Source: an uncultured delta proteobacterium (lineage in GTDB: Bacteria > Myxococcota_A > Polyangia > Polyangiales > Houyiibacteriaceae). From it: DNA of 64,000 bases. The notes below the pieces were generated by a model. That model was not told the DNA's origin. It made no database searches and saw nothing but the letters and a program-made list of their open reading frames with translations. Location of the stretch: the NCBI GenBank assembly GCA_963699755.1, contig CAVOVB010000003.1, positions 544,001-608,000 on the forward strand. The letters are read 5' to 3'. The position numbers were made by a program, and so were the translations under genes. Shown here one piece after another: positions 44,695 through 55,075 of the stretch; position 1 is the stretch's first letter; each line of letters opens with the position of its first letter.

Positions 44695-44949
44695 GTGAAC
44701 GAGCTTGCGCGTTACCTCATGGAAAACGCTTACATCGACTTCCAGGGCGGAATTACGATCGAAGAAGTCCGGAAATTCTTACGCGACGAAGACAGCCGCG
44801 AGTCCCGAGCCCTGCTTTCCAGGCTGATCGAGGACAACGGCTTGGACGACCTGATGGTGACCATCGCGGATTGCCTCAAGGAATACATCCGAACCGGCAT
44901 CAACGAGGACATTGTTCGGGCGCAGCTCACCTCCTACAGCGAGTCGTAG
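44695..44949 (+). CDS. Small hypothetical protein
   Basis: 84-aa acidic ORF with GGAGG upstream and typical codon usage. Confidence 0.75.
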   Translation: MNELARYLMENAYIDFQGGITIEEVRKFLRDEDSRESRALLSRLIEDNGLDDLMVTIADCLKEYIRTGINEDIVRAQLTSYSES

Positions 44950-44992
44950 GACCAGGGCGTCAGTCCGAATCTCTGCTAGGATCGGCTTGTTT

Positions 44993-45883
44993 ATGCGCTG
45001 GATTGTACTGTGCGTCTCCTTGGCTTTCGCGTTACTCGCCTGCGAGCGCTCGACCGAAGCCGACAGCAGCCCGAAACAGGCTTCACCTGAGGTCAAACCC
45101 GCTGCGGGTGCTACGAGGGAACCGATTCGGAGCCTGCCGCAGGTCGATACGAGCGCCCTCGACGACTTCACCAAAGGCATCTGGATCGACATGATCAACG
45201 AGCTCCTCTCGCCCTGCGGTGAGCCGGTGAGCGTGGCCCGCTGCGTCTCCGAGAGCCGCAAGTGCGACAAGTGTGTCCAGGCAGCCAGGTACGTTGCACG
45301 TCTGGTGAACGACGGGTACTCGCGAGACGAGCTCCGCGACATCTACCGCGTTCGCTACGGCGACGACACCAGGGTCGAGAAACTCACGGCGCACGATTCG
45401 CCGCTCCGTGGGTCTCCGATGGCGCAGGTGACGATCTACGAGTTCAGCGACTTTCAGTGCCCTCACTGCAAGATGACCGCACCGTACCTCAAGAAGATCG
45501 TCGAGGAATCGAACGGCAAGGTGAAATTGGTGTTCAAGCAGTATCCCTTGCCTGGACACCCGAAAGCGCGCGATGCATCGAAGGCGGCGATTGCGGCGGA
45601 GAAGCAGGGCAAATTCTGGGAGATGCACGACCTACTCTTCGAGCATCAGGACGATCTGCAGACCGCCAACCTCAATGATTATGCGAAGCTGCTCGGTCTC
45701 GATGTGAAGCGGTTCAATGCGGATATGCAGTCCAAAGAGACCGAAACGAAGATCGAAGCAGACATCGCCGAAGGGCGTGCGGCTGGCGTGGATTCGACCC
45801 CGTCGATCTACGTGAACAATCGGCGCTACGTGTTTCCGGCGGATCAGCTTGGCGCTTATGTGCGCGAAGAGCTCGACCAGTGA
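44993..45883 (+). CDS. DsbA-like thioredoxin-fold lipoprotein
   Basis: Lipobox LLAC; EFSDFQCPHC; QGKFWEMHD; GVDSTP. Confidence 0.88.
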   Translation: MRWIVLCVSLAFALLACERSTEADSSPKQASPEVKPAAGATREPIRSLPQVDTSALDDFTKGIWIDMINELLSPCGEPVSVARCVSESRKCDKCVQAARYVARLVNDGYSRDELRDIYRVRYGDDTRVEKLTAHDSPLRGSPMAQVTIYEFSDFQCPHCKMTAPYLKKIVEESNGKVKLVFKQYPLPGHPKARDASKAAIAAEKQGKFWEMHDLLFEHQDDLQTANLNDYAKLLGLDVKRFNADMQSKETETKIEADIAEGRAAGVDSTPSIYVNNRRYVFPADQLGAYVREELDQ

Positions 45884-45914
45884 TTCGCCGTCTCGGCGTT
45901 CGCGTCGAAGCGGA

Positions 45915-46418
45915 ATGAAGACGTTGCTCTGCGGCTGCGTGGCGGCTCTCCTCGTCGCGTCGAACGCCAGCGCGCTCGTATCGGGCGAACCGCCGCCCCG
46001 GATCGACCTGCCCGATCAACATGGGGAGACGGTCGCGCTGAGCGCGCTCACGGGAAAGGTCGTGCTGATCGATTTCTGGGCGTCCTGGTGTGGGCCTTGT
46101 AAGAAAGAGATGCCCGTCCTCGAAGCGCTACAAGAGAAGTACGCCGCCGAGGGCTTGGTGATTGTCGGCATCAACATCGACAACAGCTCGAAGAAGATGA
46201 ACAAGTTCTTGAGGGGCGTGCGGGTGAGCTTTCGAATCGTGCACGACCGCAAGCTCGCCGTAGCGAGCCGGTACGAGCCCGCAACGATGCCGACCTCCTA
46301 CTTCGTCGGAAGGGACGGGACGCTTCGGTATGTGCATGAAGGGTTTCGGGAGCAGGACGCTGAGGAATTGGAAGAGCGGGTGAAGGCGTTGCTAGCGGAG
46401 ACTGGTGGAACCGACTGA
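45915..46418 (+). CDS. TlpA-family disulfide reductase
   Basis: GKVVLIDFWASWCGPCKKEMP, MPTSY. Confidence 0.9.
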   Translation: MKTLLCGCVAALLVASNASALVSGEPPPRIDLPDQHGETVALSALTGKVVLIDFWASWCGPCKKEMPVLEALQEKYAAEGLVIVGINIDNSSKKMNKFLRGVRVSFRIVHDRKLAVASRYEPATMPTSYFVGRDGTLRYVHEGFREQDAEELEERVKALLAETGGTD

Positions 46419-46460
46419 TGAAGCGGGGCGCGAAAAAACGCGTCCCGATTGTATCGACGA

Positions 46461-47789
46461 CTAGCGTTTGACGGCTGCCGCGTTCGGCATCGAGGCGCCT
46501 CTGGCCACGAAGGCGCTCAGTTGTTGGGTGATGTAGTCGACGACTTCGCAGTCGGCCTCGGTAAACATGCCGCGGAGGGCGCCGTTGGCGAGTTGGAGGA
46601 CGCCGAACATGCGGCCTCGGTGGATCAGCGGGCGGTACAAGAGTGCGCGGACGTCTAGGCCGGGGACGCCGTCGATGTTCTCGTCGTAGCGTGGGTCGGC
46701 GGCAGCGTCGGCGAGAACCAAAACGGCGTGCTCGGCGAGCTCGCTTGCCGCGGCGAGGATGCCGGAGGAGCAAGGGATCCCCTGGCCGTGTCGTGCCTTC
46801 GCGCCCGCACCGCGTGCGGCGACGATACGGAACTGATCGGTGTTGATATCGAAGAGGAATGCTGCCGTTGCCTCCGAGGGAACCAGCTCTTCCAGGAGGT
46901 GCACGGCGAACTCCAACGCCTCGGCTCGGGTCTTCATGAATAGAAGGTCGTGGCAGGCCTCGAAGGCGATTGCGAGCCGGTCTTCGGTGGGTGGCGGGGG
47001 CACGCTGCTGACCCTGGGCGCTTCCGAATGCCCCGTTTCGTCATCCCGGGTTTCATCTTCGAGCGGGAACTCGATGTCGATGCTCTCGTTCCAGTCTTTC
47101 CACTCGAGACGCACCACGGGGGGCCTTTCCGGAACGCTCTTCCAGATGTGGTCGAAGAGCTCGATGCGAACGAACTTGGCGCCGCGCTCTTTGGCGATTT
47201 CTTTCTGAAGGTCGCGCAAGAGCTTGATGGCGAGCTTCTCACCCGTCCCGGTTTCAAAGGACACTGGCACGGCGTACATGCGCTCCCGGAAATGAATCGG
47301 GCTCGCGCTCGTGGGCTCTTCGTCACGAGAGCCCAAGAGGATCAGCTTGTTCTCGACCGTAGCCGGTGGTGGGCTCGTCGGTCGCGGCGCGCTCGGTCGG
47401 CGAGATCGGATGGGCGCTGGTGCGGGCGGGGGAGTCTCTTTGAGCAACGGGTCGTACCCTGTCCTGGGTTGGAGCGGGAGGGGGTCGCCCGAGACCGAGC
47501 GAGCTCTACTAAAAACGGTCGCTGCCGCATCGGTGAGGCCCGTCGCCGCGCCGGGTGTGGCGACGGGAAGGACTTGATAGCGCCTACGCTCACGTCCGTC
47601 CTGGATCGTGACCGTGCCGTTGGGGTTCACGTTGCAGCTCGCTCCCGCAGGAACACCTCCTGATTCGCCGATCTCAGCCCGACCTTTCTGAAGCGCGCCG
47701 GGCCAGGTGGCTGCCTCGACGGTTCCAAGGAACAACGGCTCCGGTGCGCCGAGCCGACTGATTTCGACTTTCCAATACTTCGTAGCCAC
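46461..47789 (-). CDS. GAF-domain protein
   Basis: C-terminal GAF (DAAADPRY...PLIHRGRMFGVLQLAN...FTEAD); Pro-rich linkers. Confidence 0.75.
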   Translation of the reverse strand: MATKYWKVEISRLGAPEPLFLGTVEAATWPGALQKGRAEIGESGGVPAGASCNVNPNGTVTIQDGRERRRYQVLPVATPGAATGLTDAAATVFSRARSVSGDPLPLQPRTGYDPLLKETPPPAPAPIRSRRPSAPRPTSPPPATVENKLILLGSRDEEPTSASPIHFRERMYAVPVSFETGTGEKLAIKLLRDLQKEIAKERGAKFVRIELFDHIWKSVPERPPVVRLEWKDWNESIDIEFPLEDETRDDETGHSEAPRVSSVPPPPTEDRLAIAFEACHDLLFMKTRAEALEFAVHLLEELVPSEATAAFLFDINTDQFRIVAARGAGAKARHGQGIPCSSGILAAASELAEHAVLVLADAAADPRYDENIDGVPGLDVRALLYRPLIHRGRMFGVLQLANGALRGMFTEADCEVVDYITQQLSAFVARGASMPNAAAVKR

Positions 47790-47885
47790 GTGGTCCCGCT
47801 GGTGCGGACTCTATGATAGCCGGGATCGCCAGCGAAGTCGCATCTCCGGCTGGCGCTGTCCGCACGGCCAGGTTAGGAACCGCCC

Positions 47886-48563
47886 GTGTGGATCCTAGTG
47901 ATCGGCCGCGAGGGGCTCGAAGAGCGCGAGGGCAGCGCAGTGGCATGCCTTCACGAGCTCGGTTGCGATGTCCAGACAGCCAACCTCTGGGATCGGCTGG
48001 ATACCGACGAGCTGGTGCAGAGGCCGCCCACCGTCGTTCTCATCGAGGCCGGAGACGAAGGGAATGCCGGCCGTGCGGCGCTGGTCCGGGTGCGGTCCGC
48101 CGAGCCGCTCCAGGAGGTGCCCGTCATCATCGGCGTCACCACGAACGCCATCTCGCGCCTCGACGCCGGCGACGGCTTCGACGACTTCGTGCTGATGCCC
48201 TACGTGCCGGCGGAGCTCTACATGCGCATTCGGCGCGTGGAGTGGAACCGCAGTGATTTCGCGCAGCAGGAGCGAATCAAGATGGGACCACTCTGCATCG
48301 ATCTGGCCGCGCACGAAGTCACCGTCGACGGTCGGAATCGCCAGCTGACCCATCAGGAGTTCGCGCTCCTGAGCTTCCTCTGCCAGAACCGCGGCCGCGT
48401 GTTTTCCCGGCGGCAGCTCCTCGAACGGGTTTGGGGCGTCGACTACTATGGGAGCAGTCGCACCGTCGACATCCACGTGCGGCGTCTTCGCATGAAGCTC
48501 GGCCAGTGCGTGAACAATCTCGAGACGGTCCGTGGCGTCGGCTACAAGATGAAGGAGCCTTGA
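47886..48563 (+). CDS. OmpR-type winged-helix regulator with an atypical receiver domain
   Basis: LTHQEFALL, VFSRRQLLERVWG, RTVDIHVRRLRMKL, ETVRGVGY. Confidence 0.9.
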   Translation: MWILVIGREGLEEREGSAVACLHELGCDVQTANLWDRLDTDELVQRPPTVVLIEAGDEGNAGRAALVRVRSAEPLQEVPVIIGVTTNAISRLDAGDGFDDFVLMPYVPAELYMRIRRVEWNRSDFAQQERIKMGPLCIDLAAHEVTVDGRNRQLTHQEFALLSFLCQNRGRVFSRRQLLERVWGVDYYGSSRTVDIHVRRLRMKLGQCVNNLETVRGVGYKMKEP

Positions 48564-49579
48564 TGCTTCCGCCGCTTGCGATTTCGACAGGTGATCCGGC
48601 AGGTGTCGGCCCTGTTGTGACAGCCGCGGCGCTGGCCAGAGCTCTGGGTATCGACCGCGCGCTGGTCTACGGCGACGCGGCCTGGATGGAGCGCGCGTTT
48701 CATCGCTATGGCTTCGAGGCGCTGAGGCGAATCGAGCCGGCCGAGGCGAGGAGCTTGAAACCTGGCGAAGTTGGGCTTGTGCATGTGGCGAATTGGCCAC
48801 TGACGATGGTGCAGGCGAGGGCGCCCACCATCGACGGTGGCGCTGTGCAGCGCGAAGCGCTCGAGTGGGCCTGTGATGCCTGCATCGACGGGACGGCGCG
48901 CGCCATCGTGACCGGCCCGGTCAGCAAGGAAGCGGTGAGCCTTTCGGGCGTGTCGTTTCGGGGGCAGACGGAGCATCTCGCGCGGCATGCCGGCGTGCAC
49001 GTCGAGAACGTGACCATGATGTTCCTCGGCCCGCGCCTCAAGGTCGCGCTCGTTGCGACGCACTGGCCGATCAAGCGTGTGCCCTCGACGGTGACACGCG
49101 AGCACATCGAGCGCACCGTCCGGCACTTGACCGCTGCGCTCTCGCGCTGGTCCCCGGATGCCAAGCCACTGCGGATCGAGGTCTCCGGGCTCAATCCACA
49201 TGCCGGGGAGGGCGGCCTGCTGGGGACGGAAGAAGAGACCATCATCGGACCCACGCTCGATGCGCTTCGAGAGGAAGAGCCCTATTCGGGGGGCGAGATT
49301 GAGCTCCTCGGACCGACGCCGGCCGAAGCGGCGTTTCGCTACGCGGCCGATGGGCGCGCGCACGGCGTCGTGGCAATGTTTCACGACCAGGCGACCATTC
49401 CGTCCAAGCTCCTCGACTGGGGAGAAGCGGTGAATGTGACCTGGGGCTTGCCATTCGTGCGGACCAGCGTCGACCACGGCGTTGCCTATGATGCCGCAGC
49501 GGCTGGCAAAGCGTCCGAGAGTGGCATGGTCGCGGCGATTCGGGCGGCGCAACGCCTGACCGGCGAGCCAGAGGGATGA
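48563..49579 (+). CDS. pdxA: 4-hydroxythreonine-4-phosphate dehydrogenase
   Basis: [30 protein letters not shown]. Confidence 0.92.
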   Translation: MLPPLAISTGDPAGVGPVVTAAALARALGIDRALVYGDAAWMERAFHRYGFEALRRIEPAEARSLKPGEVGLVHVANWPLTMVQARAPTIDGGAVQREALEWACDACIDGTARAIVTGPVSKEAVSLSGVSFRGQTEHLARHAGVHVENVTMMFLGPRLKVALVATHWPIKRVPSTVTREHIERTVRHLTAALSRWSPDAKPLRIEVSGLNPHAGEGGLLGTEEETIIGPTLDALREEEPYSGGEIELLGPTPAEAAFRYAADGRAHGVVAMFHDQATIPSKLLDWGEAVNVTWGLPFVRTSVDHGVAYDAAAAGKASESGMVAAIRAAQRLTGEPEG

Positions 49580-52338
49580 CAGCAGCCATCGTCATTCGAG
49601 GAGCCCGCGAGCACAATCTGAAGAACGTCACAGTGAGCCTCCCGCGAGAGCGGCTGACGGTCGTCACGGGGCCGAGCGGGAGTGGCAAGTCCAGCCTGGT
49701 CTTCGATACGCTGTACGCCGAGGGCCAGCGCCGGTACGTCGAGTCGCTCAGCGGCCACGCGCGGCGCGTGCTCACCAAGTTGCGGCGCCCAGACGTCGAT
49801 GTCATCGAGGGTCTTTGCCCTGCGATCGCGGTTCGTGAACGGGCCCCTTCGCGTAACCCTCGCTCGACGGTCGGCACGCTCACCGAAATCAACGACTACA
49901 TGCGGGTCCTGTTCGCCACGGTTGGGGAGGTTCACTGCCCTGTGTGCGGCGAACGACTGAGCGCGCATTCGGTCGCGCAGGTCGTGCAGTTTGCCTTGCA
50001 GCTTCCTGAAGGCACACGCTTTGCGGTCCAGGCGCCGGTCGTGCGGCCGGGGGCGGCCATCCCGAAAGAGCTCGTCGGCGAGTTGCGGGCCAAGGGCTTC
50101 GTTCGCCTCCGCGTCGACGATGCACTGGTCGATTTGGCGGACCTGGGCAGGCTTCGCGCTGGGGCATCGGTCGACGTGGTCATCGACAGGCTGTCGGTTC
50201 GAGAAGGGATCGGCTCGCGTCTCGCGGAAGCCGTCGAGCTCGCCTACCAGTTGAGCGACGGTGTGGTGGAGCTTCGCCAGCAGGCGGGTGCGCGTCATCG
50301 GTTTTCGGAAAACTACGTTTGCTTCGAAGGGCACGCTTCGATTCCGCAAGTCGGTCCGCGGCTCTTTTCGTTCAACACGCCGCTCGGCGCCTGCGCGACC
50401 TGCGACGGTCTTGGGCTGACGCGGAGCTTCACCGCGGAGTTGGCCATCACGGACCCTCTCCTTTCATTGAGGCGCGGCGCCGTGACCGCCTGGGGGAAAC
50501 CGGACCTCGCGTACTACCGGTCGATGCTCGAGAAGATCGGTGCGGCCGGTATCGAGCTCGACACGCCCTTCGAGAGGCTCTCGAAGAAACAGCGACGGGT
50601 CGCCCTCGAAGGCGGCGCAGGGTTCGAAGGGATTTTGCCGGGCCTCGAACGGCGCGCGCACGAGTATGCGCGTCGCAAGCTCGCCGAAGGCGGTGATGAG
50701 GAACGCGTGCTCGAGTTTCTCGACGAAGAGCTCGGGCAGTTCGCGAAAATGGAGGTCTGTCCCGAGTGCAAAGGCTCGCGCTTGAACCAGAACGCACGCT
50801 CGGTTCGCATCGGGGGGCGCGCGATAGACGAGGTGAGCTCGTTGAGCCTCGGTGCGCTCGAGGCTTGGCTCGATGGGGTTCGGGTTTCCTCGGAGCGCGA
50901 AGCCGCGGTGCGACCCTTGCTGCAGTCGGTCAGCGACCGCCTCGCGTTTCTTCAGCGGGTGGGCCTCGGCTATTTGAGCCTCGACCGAAGCGCCGGGACC
51001 CTTTCCGCGGGCGAATCGCAGCGCGTCCACCTCGCGACTCAGCTTGGCGCGCGATTGTCTGGGGTGCTCTACGTGCTCGACGAGCCGACCGCCGGTCTGC
51101 ACCCCGCCGATGCTGCGCAACTGTTGGGCACCCTCGGTGAGCTTCGCGACCTCGGCAACACCTTGGTGGTCGTCGAGCACGACGAGCAAACCATGCGCGC
51201 CGCCGAGCACATGGTCGAAATGGGGCCGGGCGCCGGCGAGCTCGGCGGAGAGTTGGTTGCCGAGGGCAGTGTCGCGGAGATCGTCGCCAACGAGGACTCG
51301 TTGACCGGCGCCTATTTGTCGGGCCGCCGCACGGTGGAAGTGCCTACGCGACGGCGCGCTGGGGTCGGCTCGCTCGGCCTTCGGGTCTCAGCGCTTCACA
51401 ACCTGCGAGACGTACGGGCGGAGTTTCCTTTGCGCTCTCTGTGCTGTGTCACCGGCGTAAGCGGGAGCGGCAAGAGCTCGCTTGTGGTGGATGCGCTCCT
51501 TCCAGCTGCCCGGGCGCAGCTCGGACTGACCGCGGAAGTGCTCCCGGGGGTGTCGGTGGAAGGAGGGCAGGGACTCGAGCGGGTGTCGTTCGTCGATGCC
51601 ACGCCGATCGGCCGGAGCGCTCGCTCGAACCCCGCCACTTATCTCGGTTTGCTCGGGCCGCTTCGAGAGCTCTTCGCTGGGGTGCCCGAGGCGCGCGCGC
51701 GAGGCTACCGAGCCGGCCGCTTCAGCTTCAACGTCAGGGGCGGGCGCTGCGAGGCCTGCAAGGGTGAAGGTGTTCAGCGCATCACCATGCAGCTCCTTCC
51801 CGACGCCGAAGTCGAGTGTGAAGTCTGCGGTGGGCGTCGATACAACGACGAGACGCTGAAGATCCGCTATCGCGGATTGAACATCGCCGAGGTGCTCTCG
51901 CTCCCTGTCGAAGCCGCGTACGACCTGTTCGAAGCGGTGCCCGCCGTGCGCGCTCGCCTCGAAGCGTTGCGGCGCGTGGGTCTCGGCTACCTCGAGCTGG
52001 GCCGCCGCTCGACGACGCTGAGCAGCGGCGAGGCCCAGCGCATCAAGCTGGCCCGAGACCTCGCGCAGCCGGCTCGCAAACCGACGCTCTACGTCTTCGA
52101 CGAGCCCACGCGCGGGCTACACTTCGTCGACGTGGAGCAGTTGATTCGAATCCTGCACCAGCTCGTCGACGACGGTCACACGATCATCGCCGTCGAGCAT
52201 CAGCTCGACGTCATTCGAAACGCGGACTTCGTCCTCGACCTGGGGCCCGGGTCGGGACCGGATGGGGGAAAGGTCGTTGCCGCGGGGACGCCGGAGGAGG
52301 TGAGGGCGAGTCGGACTGTAACTGGAGGGTTCATTTAG
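49576..52338 (+). CDS. uvrA: Excinuclease ABC subunit A
   Basis: GAREHNLKN, two Walker A GxSGSGKSS, zinc-binding CxxC pairs, [12 protein letters not shown]. Confidence 0.95.
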   Translation: MTAAIVIRGAREHNLKNVTVSLPRERLTVVTGPSGSGKSSLVFDTLYAEGQRRYVESLSGHARRVLTKLRRPDVDVIEGLCPAIAVRERAPSRNPRSTVGTLTEINDYMRVLFATVGEVHCPVCGERLSAHSVAQVVQFALQLPEGTRFAVQAPVVRPGAAIPKELVGELRAKGFVRLRVDDALVDLADLGRLRAGASVDVVIDRLSVREGIGSRLAEAVELAYQLSDGVVELRQQAGARHRFSENYVCFEGHASIPQVGPRLFSFNTPLGACATCDGLGLTRSFTAELAITDPLLSLRRGAVTAWGKPDLAYYRSMLEKIGAAGIELDTPFERLSKKQRRVALEGGAGFEGILPGLERRAHEYARRKLAEGGDEERVLEFLDEELGQFAKMEVCPECKGSRLNQNARSVRIGGRAIDEVSSLSLGALEAWLDGVRVSSEREAAVRPLLQSVSDRLAFLQRVGLGYLSLDRSAGTLSAGESQRVHLATQLGARLSGVLYVLDEPTAGLHPADAAQLLGTLGELRDLGNTLVVVEHDEQTMRAAEHMVEMGPGAGELGGELVAEGSVAEIVANEDSLTGAYLSGRRTVEVPTRRRAGVGSLGLRVSALHNLRDVRAEFPLRSLCCVTGVSGSGKSSLVVDALLPAARAQLGLTAEVLPGVSVEGGQGLERVSFVDATPIGRSARSNPATYLGLLGPLRELFAGVPEARARGYRAGRFSFNVRGGRCEACKGEGVQRITMQLLPDAEVECEVCGGRRYNDETLKIRYRGLNIAEVLSLPVEAAYDLFEAVPAVRARLEALRRVGLGYLELGRRSTTLSSGEAQRIKLARDLAQPARKPTLYVFDEPTRGLHFVDVEQLIRILHQLVDDGHTIIAVEHQLDVIRNADFVLDLGPGSGPDGGKVVAAGTPEEVRASRTVTGGFI

Positions 52339-52582
52339 GCGGGCCCAGTGTCAGTGTGAGTGCCGGCGCGAGCGTTCGGCGGTAGGTCAGGTCAATCGAT
52401 AGGGACTTCACACCGCCGCCGTCATCGCGCTTCGCCTCGTCAACTTCGGTCGTGCTGATCTGGGTCCCACCAGGGGCGATTCGAGCCCGGCTTCGCTGAG
52501 ACCCGAGCGAACGGAGGGCGAGGGTGTGACCGGTCCCTCTTGCCTGGGCCCCGTTCCAAGCGCAGCATCGTGCCTGGAACCG

Positions 52583-54094
52583 ATGGACATCACTGCCTCC
52601 CGTGCCTCCTTGGACAGCGCCCACGCCACGGCGGTCCCGCCAGGCTCGTTCGAGCCGCGCAATCACTTCTATACGCGCGTCCTCAACGCGCAGATCCATC
52701 CGATGGTGTCGTTCTTTCTGCGGATGTCGAATCGTCGAATCGTCAATCGCTACTGTCACCTGAATCCGAGAGTCGATCGGGATTTCCTCGAGGAGGTCCT
52801 CAACTACACGCCGAAGCACTTCAGGTGGGCCGGTGCCGACCTCTTCTGTACGACGACTGCCGCAGGGAACCGGCGGCTCGTCGTCGTAGAGACCAACTCC
52901 TGCCCGTCGGGCAACAAGTCGATGCCGCTCCTCTCCGACGACGACGAGCAAGGCGGGTATCGCAAGCTCATCGAAACCGCATTCCTTCCTCTCATTGGGA
53001 AGCCGAAGGCTGCCTCAGGAGACTTGGCAGTTCTCTTCGATAAGAACTACATGGAAGCCTCCGGCTACGCGGCCGTCATTGCCGATCTGAGCAACGAGAA
53101 TGTCTTCTTGACCCCGTTCCCAGACGGAACCGAAGACCCGCCGGCTCGGTTCAGCGATGGCCTGCTCGAAATCAGAGATGGCGACGGCCAGTGGCGGCCC
53201 ATTCGCGCGGCGTTTCGCTATGTCACCCAGAAACCGTGGAATCGGATTCCGATTCGAACGCGCACCCGCATTCTGAACCCCGTCGTGACCTGTCTTTCTG
53301 GAGGGCGAAACAAGCTGGTCGCCATGAAAGCCTACGACATCTACAACGCCGAGTTAGAGCCGTCGGGTCTTCAGATCCGAACCCCGCAGACCATTGGTGA
53401 CGTCACCAAGCAGCAAGTGCCCCTCTGGGTCCAGCGGTTTGGCGGGCAGGCCGTCGTCAAGGTGCCCTACAGCAACGCTGGCCAGGGTGTCTTCACGATC
53501 GTCGACCAAAGTGAGCTCGACCGGTTCATGGAAACAGAGCACAGCTACGACCGTTACGTGGTGCAGAGCCTGATCGGAAACTACGTGTGGAGCTCGGTCG
53601 AGCGGGCCGGTCGCTTCTACCACGTTGGCACGATTCCCGATCGACGTGGCGACATTTATGTCGCCGACCTGAGAATCATGGTCTGCGGCGGCGTCGACGG
53701 ATTTCGACCTCTCGCGGTGTACGCGCGTCGTTCGAGAAAGCCACTGCCCACGATGCTCGAGGCGGGCGAGTCTTCCTGGGACGTGCTCGGCACCAATCTC
53801 TCGGAACGCCAGCCCGATGGCTCTTGGGCAGCATCGACCGAGCGTCTTCTACTGATGGACCGACGCGACTTCAACACGATCGGCGTTGGCGCCGACGACC
53901 TCATCGAGGCGTACATCCAGACCGTTTTGGCATCGGTCGCCATCGACAAGATGACCGCAAGGCTCGTCACGCAGAAAGGAAGCTTGCGGCGGAGCTTGTT
54001 TCGTTCGCTCGACGACGACCCAGTGCTTCTCGAGGAGATCAAGCGCGGTGCCCGAGGCGGACGGGCCATCGCGGCGGACTTGCCCCGCCCGTGA
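52583..54094 (+). CDS. Uncharacterised ATP-grasp-like protein
   Basis: VETNSCPSG, NKLVA, VVKVPYSNAGQGV, VVQ, DLR motifs resemble ATP-grasp nucleotide-binding elements. Confidence 0.6.
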   Translation: MDITASRASLDSAHATAVPPGSFEPRNHFYTRVLNAQIHPMVSFFLRMSNRRIVNRYCHLNPRVDRDFLEEVLNYTPKHFRWAGADLFCTTTAAGNRRLVVVETNSCPSGNKSMPLLSDDDEQGGYRKLIETAFLPLIGKPKAASGDLAVLFDKNYMEASGYAAVIADLSNENVFLTPFPDGTEDPPARFSDGLLEIRDGDGQWRPIRAAFRYVTQKPWNRIPIRTRTRILNPVVTCLSGGRNKLVAMKAYDIYNAELEPSGLQIRTPQTIGDVTKQQVPLWVQRFGGQAVVKVPYSNAGQGVFTIVDQSELDRFMETEHSYDRYVVQSLIGNYVWSSVERAGRFYHVGTIPDRRGDIYVADLRIMVCGGVDGFRPLAVYARRSRKPLPTMLEAGESSWDVLGTNLSERQPDGSWAASTERLLLMDRRDFNTIGVGADDLIEAYIQTVLASVAIDKMTARLVTQKGSLRRSLFRSLDDDPVLLEEIKRGARGGRAIAADLPRP

Positions 54095-54097
54095 GCC

Positions 54098-55075
54098 TCA
54101 GGCCAGTCGCTCGAAGGCCGCAAGCACGGCGCTTCCGAAATCGTGGCCGTAGATGCGCTCGCTCGGGTAGAGCCCCCCGGGGCTGAATACATTGAGCTCG
54201 AGAATCTGCCCCCCAACGAAATCGACCCCCACATGGACGAGGCCTTCGCGGAGCAAATAGGGCGCAATGTCCGCGACCGCTTCGCGCATCTCTGCGCTGA
54301 CCGCCACCGCTTCTGCCTTCCCTCCCGCGTGTAGGTTGCTGCGAAAGTCATCCCGATGGGGAATCCGCGCAATCGCTGCGGCATCGCCGTCTAGCTCGAG
54401 GATCTGACCCTCCACGACGGTCACCCGGACGTCCCCGCGCTCTGCACCCGCTACGAACTCCTGCACCATGGCGTACCCTTGACGCAGCACCACATCGACG
54501 ATCTGTTTCCTGTTCAGTCGCGACCCGCCCGCCTCCAGCACGAAGACGTCCCGTCCGCGGGTTCCGTCGAGCGGCTTGATGACCGCCCGGTCCGATTCTC
54601 GTTCGACGAAGCGGTCGATCTGCGAGGGGTCGCGCGTCACCAGGGTTCGCGGCATGTATTTCGCCGGCAGGTCGAGCAACGAGAGCTTGGTGAGTGCGCG
54701 GGAAAGCCCCCGAGGGCTGTTGATGACTCGAGCTCCCCGTTCCTCCAAGCGCTCGAGCAGCCGGAGCGCCGCGATCTGCGTTGCGCGGCGCGACTCGTCT
54801 CTGCCGGGATTCGTGCGGATGATGCACAGGTCGTGCTCGTCGAGCGCTGTGCGCACCGTGCGGTTCTCCGAGAGCTGGCGAACCACCGTCGCAGGGTCGC
54901 CTCCGCTCAGGCTGCACGCGGTCGCGAGAAGCGCACCATCCTGGCTCGAGGTCAAGTCTCCGACGCCGCAGACGGAGACTTCGTGCCCCCGCCGCAGCGC
55001 GGCACTGATGAGGAGCGTCGTGGTTTGCTCGATGCTCGGCTCCCTCCGGTCGTTCACGACAAATGCGACGCGCAT
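54098..55075 (-). CDS. Glutathione synthetase (GshB)-like ATP-grasp ligase
   Basis: VINSP, PRTLVTRD, VIKPLDG..G, MVQEF...GDVRV, DFRSNLHAGG, GVD..G...ELNVFSPGG. Confidence 0.8.
   Translation of the reverse strand: MRVAFVVNDRREPSIEQTTTLLISAALRRGHEVSVCGVGDLTSSQDGALLATACSLSGGDPATVVRQLSENRTVRTALDEHDLCIIRTNPGRDESRRATQIAALRLLERLEERGARVINSPRGLSRALTKLSLLDLPAKYMPRTLVTRDPSQIDRFVERESDRAVIKPLDGTRGRDVFVLEAGGSRLNRKQIVDVVLRQGYAMVQEFVAGAERGDVRVTVVEGQILELDGDAAAIARIPHRDDFRSNLHAGGKAEAVAVSAEMREAVADIAPYLLREGLVHVGVDFVGGQILELNVFSPGGLYPSERIYGHDFGSAVLAAFERLA

Noticed and set aside
52466..52525. TPP-riboswitch-like start (ACCAGGGG...CTGAGA.CCC...GAAC)
   Set aside because: The conserved CCTGAT...TAATGCC..CG.AGG second half is absent and the downstream gene is not thiamine-related
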